DNA from: an uncultured virus (IMG/VR IMGVR_UViG_3300025816_000007)
Lineage: Duplodnaviria > Heunggongvirae > Uroviricota > Caudoviricetes
Strand: one strand, 5' to 3'
DNA: 64,000 nt
IMG/VR virus record: IMGVR_UViG_3300025816_000007
The notes under the pieces are model-generated. The model was not told where the DNA came from and searched no databases. It was given only the letters and a program-made list of their open reading frames with translations. The number at the start of each line of letters is the position of its first letter. Positions within the stretch are counted from its first letter, which is position 1. Position numbers and translations under genes: made by a program. This document shows positions 28,021 to 35,776 of this stretch, one piece after another.

Positions 28021-29406
28021 TCAAAAGAGGTTTACACGGCTGCTACCAAGCCCTCTGCCTTTTGTCCCAAAGAATGCGTTTGCACCTGGGCCACCCATTG
28101 CTTGAGTCGCTGCAGTTGGAGCAGATACATTCTGAGGAAGCATCATAGCGCCGTTGTGAGCGCCGAAGAACTTCTTGTTGGTTACAGATCCCATGTGACC
28201 GCCTCCAACATGATACATACCCATGTTGTTGTGAGCGCCGCCGACATTTCCGTGAGCCATTCCTAGAGTACCATAGGTCTGAGGAGCAGTTGCACTTCCG
28301 CCGATTTCATTCATAGCACCAGAGAAGTCACCCATTGCTAAGCTTCTGAATGCGCCACCAATGTTGTAGGTTTGTAATTCAGTAACCATTTGAGCAGCGT
28401 AGAACAATCCTGTTAGTTTGACTACACTCATTGCTAGTTTGGAATCGATTAGCCCCAGTGCTTTCTTGTTGGATAGTAAGTAACCAAGTGCTGCAACTGA
28501 GCCGGTGTGTAGAGCTTTGTTTCCAAAGTTACCAAGGTCTGCTGCCATGGATGGAGTAATTACTGGAATCATGTCTGCTGCTTGCTGGATGTATCCGGTT
28601 GAACCAGTGACATTGAATCTGTCCCATGCCATAGATTTGATAGAGTTGTAAAGACCCATGCCAACTAGTGCAGTTCCTACTGTAATCATTCCTGGGACTA
28701 ACATATCAGTTCCTTTCATGAATGAATCATAAACTGACTTGCCTTGCTTTGCAACGCCCATTTTGCGAGCCTTTCTGGAACCTTTTCTCTTGCCAGCATT
28801 ACGCTTGCGAGTTGCTGCTGCTTTCTTTGCTGCACGACTTCTCTTGCTTGCATTGCGCTTGCGAGTTGCTGCTGCTTTCTTTGCGGCTGCTCTGCGTTTT
28901 GCTGCAGTTGGTCGGCCAGATTTGCGGCTACCCTTTCTTGCGTTACGCTTGCGAGTTGCTGCTGCTTTCTTTGCTGCAGATTTTCTCTTGCTTGCATTGC
29001 GCTTGCGAGTTGCTGCTGCTTTCTTTGCTGCTGCACTTCGAGAAGCTTTTGTGGAACGGACTGATTTTCTCTTGCCCTTTGAAGCATTTCTTTTACGAGT
29101 TGCTGCTGCTTTCTTAGCTGCTGCACTTCTCTTGCTTGCATTACGCTTGCGAGTTGCTGCTGCTTTCTTAGCTGCTGCGCTTCGAGAAGATTTTGATGAA
29201 CGGGTTGCTTTGCGCTTACCCTTGGAAGCATTTCTTTTTCGAGTTGCTGCTGCTTTCTTAGCTGCTGCGCTTCTCTTTGATGCGTTTCTCTTTCTTGTTG
29301 CTGCTGCCTTTTTAGCGGCTGCCGATCTTGATGCTTTACTTCTATTAGCCATTTTTCTTCCACCTTTTTTGGGCGGGTTTATCAGGAGTAGTTGATTGCC
29401 CGCCAT
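28021..29406 (-). CDS. Histone H1/protamine-like DNA-condensing core protein with membrane domain
   Basis: 8 copies of AAKKAAATRKRNA, then hydrophobic helices; begins LLLINPPKK. Confidence 0.75.
   Translation of the reverse strand: MAGNQLLLINPPKKGGRKMANRSKASRSAAAKKAAATRKRNASKRSAAAKKAAATRKRNASKGKRKATRSSKSSRSAAAKKAAATRKRNASKRSAAAKKAAATRKRNASKGKRKSVRSTKASRSAAAKKAAATRKRNASKRKSAAKKAAATRKRNARKGSRKSGRPTAAKRRAAAKKAAATRKRNASKRSRAAKKAAATRKRNAGKRKGSRKARKMGVAKQGKSVYDSFMKGTDMLVPGMITVGTALVGMGLYNSIKSMAWDRFNVTGSTGYIQQAADMIPVITPSMAADLGNFGNKALHTGSVAALGYLLSNKKALGLIDSKLAMSVVKLTGLFYAAQMVTELQTYNIGGAFRSLAMGDFSGAMNEIGGSATAPQTYGTLGMAHGNVGGAHNNMGMYHVGGGHMGSVTNKKFFGAHNGAMMLPQNVSAPTAATQAMGGPGANAFFGTKGRGLGSSRVNLF
28795..29325. 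repeat. Coding repeat array, 8 x AAKKAAATRKRNA
   Basis: GCGAGTTGCTGCTGCTTTCTT-type units. Confidence 0.9.
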
Positions 29407-29499
29407 GAGTATTGGTCAAGTAGGTTCCCTTATTATAGGAGATGCAAAACAACAGTTTCAAAGCGAATACAATGAGTTCAAATGTATTCCATGCAATTC

Positions 29500-29507
29500 A
29501 AAAGGAT
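29500..29507 (+). promoter_or_regulatory. AAAAGGAT motif, 19 nt before ATG
   Basis: ATG at 29527. Confidence 0.6.
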
Positions 29508-29526
29508 AAACGCCTTCGACACACCT

Positions 29527-29745
29527 ATGGGAACGGACAAACCAGCAAACAGCACCCATACTATGACTATCAGATTGCCTCACGAACTGCACCAGCAAGT
29601 CGAGAAGCGTGCCGAAAGCGAAAATAGGAGCCGGTCTAATTTGGTTATTACATATCTTACAATGGTACTGAATCTGTCTCCAGAAGAGTTGAAACAAATA
29701 CTTGATAGCAGAAGGCGACGGAGAAAATCACGTAATGGTCGGTGA
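29527..29745 (+). CDS. RHH (Arc-like) regulator
   Basis: TMTIRLPHELHQQVEKRAESENRSRSNLV; ATG 19 nt after AAAAGGAT. Confidence 0.82.
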   Translation: MGTDKPANSTHTMTIRLPHELHQQVEKRAESENRSRSNLVITYLTMVLNLSPEELKQILDSRRRRRKSRNGR

Positions 29746-29749
29746 TTAA

Positions 29750-30517
29750 GTGGACTCTCCTTTACCCATCATCACATCAGAGGAACCTTTGTTCAAGGCG
29801 TTATCAAAAGGACATACAGTAATTGCTGGGCAGACACAGTATGGAAAAACAACTGCCGCCATGCGTTTGTTCACTTGTGGATTCTTAGATAATAGAACTA
29901 ACCCATGTTACATATTCGTAGATACCAAGCATGATGATGCAGTTGTAAAGTATGGTGTCATAGTTCGAAACATAAAAGACTTGATGGGCCACTTGATGCT
30001 AAAGACTTCAAGAATTATTTATCGTCCGCCGGGAGATGATTCAAGATCGCAGGCGCTGACTGAAATAGTGAACTTACTCTTCACCCTCAAATCAGACAAA
30101 CCGCCCGTTTCAGGGCACAAAAACCGCCATTTCGCTTTATTCATTGATGAAATTCAACTTTATGCAGGGAATCAGTCAAAGCATAAAGGCTTACAGAGAC
30201 TAGCTACAACTGGATTAGGGAAGAAGATATTGATGATAGCTTTAGGTCAAAGAATACAGGACATCAACAAGCAAGTATATTCCCAATGCAATAACAGTAT
30301 TTTGTTTTTCATGCGTGAGCGTGAGGATTACTTGAAAAATCAAGGACTAGGCGCTTACTCTAAAGTAAAAAGTTGGTTGAGAACTCACCCCTATTATTTC
30401 GCTTACATTTTTGCCGGTGATGATGTTCTAAGGCTCCATTCTCCATTACCTCTGCCTGGAGTAGATTCAACCCTCGTCAATTTGGTAAAGGATAGTTTAG
30501 GCGGATATGGAGACTAA
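29750..30517 (+). CDS. FtsK/HerA-superfamily ATPase, probable A32/P9-like genome-packaging ATPase
   Basis: Walker A GQTQYGKTT, Walker B ALFIDE, TTGLGK, ALGQR.Q.INKQVYSQC; stand-alone 255 aa. Confidence 0.8.
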   Translation: MDSPLPIITSEEPLFKALSKGHTVIAGQTQYGKTTAAMRLFTCGFLDNRTNPCYIFVDTKHDDAVVKYGVIVRNIKDLMGHLMLKTSRIIYRPPGDDSRSQALTEIVNLLFTLKSDKPPVSGHKNRHFALFIDEIQLYAGNQSKHKGLQRLATTGLGKKILMIALGQRIQDINKQVYSQCNNSILFFMREREDYLKNQGLGAYSKVKSWLRTHPYYFAYIFAGDDVLRLHSPLPLPGVDSTLVNLVKDSLGGYGD

Positions 30518-30699
30518 TCTGTTTGTGTAAAGGCGCTCCTTTTTTTGCCCCTTTTCACATCTTGCCCGCAATCAACGCAGATAAAACGACCATTGTTCCT
30601 TAGAACTGGCGAACAGGTTTTGCCCCCTTTTCGTTTTGGGCATATTTTTTTCATATCAATCAATCGTTGGTATGTACTCTCTTGTTGCCCTATACCCAT
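30514..30699 (-). CDS. Small Zn-finger protein
   Basis: CPK..C..CVDCG. Confidence 0.55.
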   Translation of the reverse strand: MGIGQQESTYQRLIDMKKICPKRKGGKTCSPVLRNNGRFICVDCGQDVKRGKKRSAFTQTD

Positions 30700-30919
30700 G
30701 TTTTACTATCAAGTTACAAAGTTCTTCTGCTACTTCTGATTTTTTCGGATACCAAAACAATGTTCTTTTCACCGGTTCATCTGTATCTCCAAAAGGCCCA
30801 ATATCTCCTCCGTCAAACTTATACTTCGATTTGAACAGTTCTTTTGGTAACTCCTGTTCCCACTCAAACGGATCTTCATCGTTTTTTATGACTTTAATTA
30901 TCGAAACGCTATGTATCAT
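30656..30919 (-). CDS. Hypothetical protein
   Basis: 87-aa coupled ORF. Confidence 0.55.
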   Translation of the reverse strand: MIHSVSIIKVIKNDEDPFEWEQELPKELFKSKYKFDGGDIGPFGDTDEPVKRTLFWYPKKSEVAEELCNLIVKHGYRATREYIPTID

Positions 30920-32466
30920 CAGTCTTTCCTCCTTTCCGCCTCTGCAAATATCTCTTGAATAGGTTTCGCTAAGATGATAGAGTGTGTCCTAAGAAGAGAT
31001 ACAGCATTCTCAACAGCCCCATTTAGTGCGGATTCTACAACTGCTAAAGGTTCAAACACTAGCATTGTCATAAGTTCCATTTCATCGACATTTACTCCCA
31101 AGCTCGGTTCTTTTTGTAGGTGTACTGTCACGTCCATAATATCCATACCTGCAGATTCAGCAAGTGTTTGAGGAATGATTAGTAAAGATTCAGCGAATGC
31201 CTTACGTGCTACTTCGACTTTACCCGTGTACTGTTGTTCACAGTTGAGTAGGTCATAAGACATCAAAGATTGAATTGTTCCAGCACCGGGCACCAACCTG
31301 CGGTCTTTTACAGCAAGATAAGCAACACCAAGAGCGTCCTCCATTGCTCTTTGAAATTCCTCTCCAGACTGTTCAGTTGGCGCTGGCATAATGATTGAAG
31401 CGGCTTGAATGTGTTCGCCTTTGATTGTCACGTAATCATTTACTGATTCAACAACCTCGACCTCGCCATGACCCAAGTCCTCTTCGTTTACATCTGCAAA
31501 ATCGCTTATGACATGGCAATCCATCGATGATGCTAGTTTGAGCATGTTGCTTCTTTTGATGTGCCGGAATGCTACAATTCCGTTTGTCCTCAATAGTTGA
31601 AGGACTTTCGAATCGATGTTCTTTTGGCAGAATATAGCTTTGACTTCATGTTTAACGAAGTTATTCACAGTATGTTCAATGAATTTCTGTTGTATTTCGA
31701 CGATTTCTGCGATTTTGGCTGGGTCGTTTAGAGTTACTTGCGCTTGAGGTGGGGCCAAGTCTTGCTCAATCAAAGCAACCTTTCCAGTCGTCTTAGATGG
31801 CATACCAGCCGTAGCGGGTGATTTTAGTAAAACAAGGCCTTCAATCAGTTCTGCATCATTTGTATTACCTGGTATTGTAAGAAGCATCATATCACTTGGT
31901 TTTGAAATCATAGCAGCACGTGAACAAATATCGCTTAGAACATCAACAAAGTCTTCTGCAGATTTACCAGTGATTGCCGTTCTTGCTGCGGCCCTTCCAG
32001 CTTCATACGGTTCTTTCTCAATACTGTGCGTCTTCGCAGATTCCAATGCCTCGCCTAAACCGAGCCTGTATCCCTTGATGATTGCATTTGGGTGAACTCC
32101 CCTTGAAATTAATTCGTCTGCTCGCCTCAATAGCTCCCCCATCACAACAATACATGTGGTAGTTCCATCGAATGCGTTTTGCTCTTGACTTTTCGCTACC
32201 TCAGCAATAATTGAAGCTACGGGGTCTTTGGTTTCCAAAGAACGGAGTATTGTTGCGCCATCGTTAGTGAGCACCTTATTTCCGATACGATCTACAAGCA
32301 TCATATCCATTCCTTTTGGACCCAAGGTGTGCCTAACTGCATCAGCCATTTCCATCGCAGTATCTACAATCCATCGTTGCGCCTCTCGGCCACTAATGAT
32401 TTTATTATCATCCATGAAACGGGGAAGTGTTTTGTCCCTATCAATGAAACGCTTAGTAAAAGCCAT
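30919..32466 (-). CDS. ths: Group II chaperonin (thermosome-like), divergent
   Basis: TLGPKGMD, TNDGATIL, DGTTT, GVHP..I..GY, TAITGK, FCQK.ID, VPGAG, IP.TLAE.AG, VFEP. Confidence 0.93.
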   Translation of the reverse strand: MAFTKRFIDRDKTLPRFMDDNKIISGREAQRWIVDTAMEMADAVRHTLGPKGMDMMLVDRIGNKVLTNDGATILRSLETKDPVASIIAEVAKSQEQNAFDGTTTCIVVMGELLRRADELISRGVHPNAIIKGYRLGLGEALESAKTHSIEKEPYEAGRAAARTAITGKSAEDFVDVLSDICSRAAMISKPSDMMLLTIPGNTNDAELIEGLVLLKSPATAGMPSKTTGKVALIEQDLAPPQAQVTLNDPAKIAEIVEIQQKFIEHTVNNFVKHEVKAIFCQKNIDSKVLQLLRTNGIVAFRHIKRSNMLKLASSMDCHVISDFADVNEEDLGHGEVEVVESVNDYVTIKGEHIQAASIIMPAPTEQSGEEFQRAMEDALGVAYLAVKDRRLVPGAGTIQSLMSYDLLNCEQQYTGKVEVARKAFAESLLIIPQTLAESAGMDIMDVTVHLQKEPSLGVNVDEMELMTMLVFEPLAVVESALNGAVENAVSLLRTHSIILAKPIQEIFAEAERRKD

Positions 32467-35400
32467 GTATGTCAATCATATCTGGTGGATTTTTCTTAGT
32501 TCTTTGGTTGATTTGTGAAGGAGACAGCATGTATGCCCTATATTTTGCTTGGAACTCTGGAATGGTTTTATTGAAATGGTTTGTTATGTATTTAGTAAGT
32601 TCAGAAGTCAGGTATGGTTCTTCACCCATTTTGTTCACAAAATTTTGTTCGGCTACATCGAATTCAGTTTCAATATCGCTTTCAAATTCTTCAATCACTT
32701 CAACCATATCTTCTAATTTTTCTTTCTTAGAGAACCTAAACCAGTCAATTCTATCTGCTATTATAGTAAAGAAATCTTTTACACCATGCACAGTAAACAT
32801 ACCATGCATGACTTTGAAATCGTCTGGACTTGTTTGCGATGGCTCCCAAGCAGCAGGGTGGGTGTGCATCCAAGCTTCACCGCCTTCTATCATCAATCCA
32901 TCAACATTCACGTAGTTATCTGCATTGTTGCCCTTCCTCCAATACAGGTGGCCGTCTTTTACCCAACCTTGGCCTTCACCAAAGTTTTGCATTTTTGCCG
33001 ATATCTGTTCAAAGAATTCGGTTGAACCAATAGGGCCCTCTAGTTTGTACTTCTTGTAAGATGTTGGAATCTTTGAATCTTCAATTGGTATATGGTCGTC
33101 CAAATACTGTTGAGCATATCTAGTTGGATTCAACAACAATTGACTAATTTTAACTGAATCGTATAGGTCATGGGTTTTGCCTCGTACTCTGATGAAGCCG
33201 GATTTATTTCCAAACTGTAACATACCCCTTGTTTCAACTCTTAGTCTTGGTTCGCTTTTCTTTGTAGGGAAGTGTTTCAAGATTGCTAAACCATCAATAT
33301 TCACTTTTGATTTAACATAGAAGTGCTTGCCACCAGTCTCAATAGAAATCACATAATCTGTGTTTGCATCGCCCCTACTTAGTTTGAAGCCGGCTGATTT
33401 TCTAAACATATTGATTCTGATGATATTGCCCATTTTTTTGTCAAGGGTTTCTCCAGTGGCTACTCCTTGCACATCTAATTCGGGTTTGCCTTTGATTACA
33501 GAAATTGTGGCATCTCTAACTACTTCATCTGTCACATCCATAACGAATTTACCCTCCGAAGGGATTGCTACTACTGGAGGATTGGCTTTAGGTGCATTAT
33601 TCCATTCGTCCCAATTAGGCACTCTGCCCTGTTTACTGCGCCAATCTCTTTTGCTGGTTTTGTAGCCATCAATTAGCTTAAACTCTTTACTCCAATCGTC
33701 CTCTTTAGCATTACCTTGACCTTTTTGATTGGTAGGCTTTTCCTTTTGAGCCTGATTCCATTTATTCCAATCCTGTTTATTTTTCGGCTTGAACTTATTT
33801 TTGAACTCGTTGTTCGTCATAAATTTACCATCAATCTTTCTTCTTTCCCTTGTATCAGTTTGGGAACCAGGCGCTATTGTTTTTGATGCGCCGGGGATGA
33901 TAGCTTCCATAATCGACTTTGTGACATCTGTTGAAAGTTTCATCTTTTGTGCTTTGGCTTCAACAAAGTCAGTAAGTTTTGTTGCTTTTATTTGAGCTTT
34001 AGAAGCCAATTGCCCTAGTGCCTTTTCTCGATCTAACTTATCTCCTTTCTTAGAGACATTGATGTTCCTGTACTTCAATTCTTTTTCCAAATCTTCATCT
34101 TCGGAAAAATCCCCTACGATGTGAAACTTTTGTAGTGCTTTGCTACGATTTAGTTTATTGCCCTTTTTGGGCTCATCTATATTGTATTTCCTAAGTGCCT
34201 CTTTGATTTCATTGTCAGTGCTATTTTCTGACAGCCCTGAATCAAACATAGCTACTATTTTTTTATACTGTTCATCAGTCAAATGGTTAATGTTTTTCTT
34301 TTTCCTATTGTTGTTCCAACCCGTAAAAGCCGATACATTTCCAGTTTGAATATACTTTACAACCTTATCAATGTCTTTGTTACCCTCAACGCCTATGTCT
34401 TTCAATTCTTTCCTTGCATCTTTCTCAGGTTCAAAGGGATTCATGATGGGTTGTTTTTCCGCTGACTCTGTGATTAAGTCTTGAATCAAGATAACTTCAT
34501 CATTCGTAAGGTGTTCTGCTTTTCTCAACAAAGCATCTTTTTTCCCCCTTTGAAGGCCGATAGTTGGTCTTTCGTCCATACCTGGTGGCAACCCAAATGT
34601 AAGAAAATCTGTAATAGTACCTGTTACCCTGTCTAATGTCTTTTTACGCAGGGTAAATCCTTTATCAATCATTTCTAACTCCATTATCTCTGGAAATACT
34701 AATTTTTTGTTCAATGGAGTCGAAAGGGGGAGCGAAATAGTGAATTGGTGATATCTTGCTCCTTCTGGCAATAAACTCGGTGGATTTGGTGAAACTCCCA
34801 ATGCGAAATCTGCTAAAGCTTCTGCTAAGTCCTCAACTAAATCAGTCCTAGTTTCATTTATCTCAATCAAGAAAGAACTCAAATCGTAAGATAGCCCCTT
34901 GTTTTGAATGAAGTGTTGTGTTTCATTAGCTAATTCAATGTATATTGAAGCGTCTGGAATTCTCTTTTGTATGTACTCAAATAGTTCAAGAGTATCCAAG
35001 TTGTCTTCATCTGTATGATATGGCCCATTATGAAATAATACAATGTCGTAGTCAGCCCATACAGGATAGTAAGGCGGGTAAGAATGTATATCGAATAACA
35101 TATCTGCTTGAGGCAAGGTATCATCTAGTGTTTTGTGGAACTCGTGATTTTCAGATTCAAGCCTGTTTAAGTCCAAGTCATCACGATCTATTTCGCCCTT
35201 TAGGAGTAATACAGGAACTCCTCTATTGTGAAGAGTGCTGTGTAGTTCATCTGCTAATGATTCGGATAACCAATCAGTATCGTGGCCGTCTTCTTTTTTG
35301 TCATCGAATGTATGTGGTGCAGTGATTATGATTTCGGGGTCGTATGGGTTATTGTGTGAAACAACCTCTTTGTCAGTCAGTAAAGATATCAGGGTACTTT

Positions 35401-35776
35401 TCGGCGCTTCGTCCGCAGCTCTCACTTGTTGTATATCTGATGTTGTGTAAGGGCTGCCATCTAAGGGGTGCAGCCTTGGTCTAATCTTTTTCCAATCGCT
35501 ACCCCTTACAACACCGGTAATGACCTGCTTTTCTAAATGGTATTCGAATATTTCTCCAGGATATTTATTCTCGAATTCCCATACATAACTTTTGGAATTG
35601 AATTGTTTTTTCGCCTCTCTTTTACTAGAATAAGCAATAGCACCGACAACACCATTCTGGTCTCGACGGAACATTTTACGAACAATCGGATTAACTTCGC
35701 CTCTAAGTTTTCGTCCTTTCGGCTTTTTCATCTTTTTCAAACGCATGATGGGGTTTGACCTTGGTTCGTGATTCAT
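32453..35776 (-). CDS. 1107-aa NP-delimited multidomain protein with Zn-hydrolase and JAB/MPN-like domains
   Basis: TAPH..DLNR..FDIHS..LIE (N-formylglutamate amidohydrolase-like) and WMHTHP...SPDD (JAB-like); 8 NP/NPP linkers. Confidence 0.75.
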   Translation of the reverse strand: MNHEPRSNPIMRLKKMKKPKGRKLRGEVNPIVRKMFRRDQNGVVGAIAYSSKREAKKQFNSKSYVWEFENKYPGEIFEYHLEKQVITGVVRGSDWKKIRPRLHPLDGSPYTTSDIQQVRAADEAPKSTLISLLTDKEVVSHNNPYDPEIIITAPHTFDDKKEDGHDTDWLSESLADELHSTLHNRGVPVLLLKGEIDRDDLDLNRLESENHEFHKTLDDTLPQADMLFDIHSYPPYYPVWADYDIVLFHNGPYHTDEDNLDTLELFEYIQKRIPDASIYIELANETQHFIQNKGLSYDLSSFLIEINETRTDLVEDLAEALADFALGVSPNPPSLLPEGARYHQFTISLPLSTPLNKKLVFPEIMELEMIDKGFTLRKKTLDRVTGTITDFLTFGLPPGMDERPTIGLQRGKKDALLRKAEHLTNDEVILIQDLITESAEKQPIMNPFEPEKDARKELKDIGVEGNKDIDKVVKYIQTGNVSAFTGWNNNRKKKNINHLTDEQYKKIVAMFDSGLSENSTDNEIKEALRKYNIDEPKKGNKLNRSKALQKFHIVGDFSEDEDLEKELKYRNINVSKKGDKLDREKALGQLASKAQIKATKLTDFVEAKAQKMKLSTDVTKSIMEAIIPGASKTIAPGSQTDTRERRKIDGKFMTNNEFKNKFKPKNKQDWNKWNQAQKEKPTNQKGQGNAKEDDWSKEFKLIDGYKTSKRDWRSKQGRVPNWDEWNNAPKANPPVVAIPSEGKFVMDVTDEVVRDATISVIKGKPELDVQGVATGETLDKKMGNIIRINMFRKSAGFKLSRGDANTDYVISIETGGKHFYVKSKVNIDGLAILKHFPTKKSEPRLRVETRGMLQFGNKSGFIRVRGKTHDLYDSVKISQLLLNPTRYAQQYLDDHIPIEDSKIPTSYKKYKLEGPIGSTEFFEQISAKMQNFGEGQGWVKDGHLYWRKGNNADNYVNVDGLMIEGGEAWMHTHPAAWEPSQTSPDDFKVMHGMFTVHGVKDFFTIIADRIDWFRFSKKEKLEDMVEVIEEFESDIETEFDVAEQNFVNKMGEEPYLTSELTKYITNHFNKTIPEFQAKYRAYMLSPSQINQRTKKNPPDMIDIHGFY
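32492..33130 (-). other. JAB/MPN-like metalloprotease domain
   Basis: EGQGW...HTHPAAWEPSQTSPDDF fits E..HxH..S..D. Confidence 0.55.
34787..35350 (-). other. N-formylglutamate amidohydrolase/Zn-carboxypeptidase-like domain
   Basis: ITAPH, DLNR, DIHS, LIEI. Confidence 0.6.

Noticed and set aside
28716..29395. Q-rich and Ala/Leu-rich ORFs overlapping the H1-like gene
   Set aside because: Alternative-frame and antisense shadows of the stop-poor repeat
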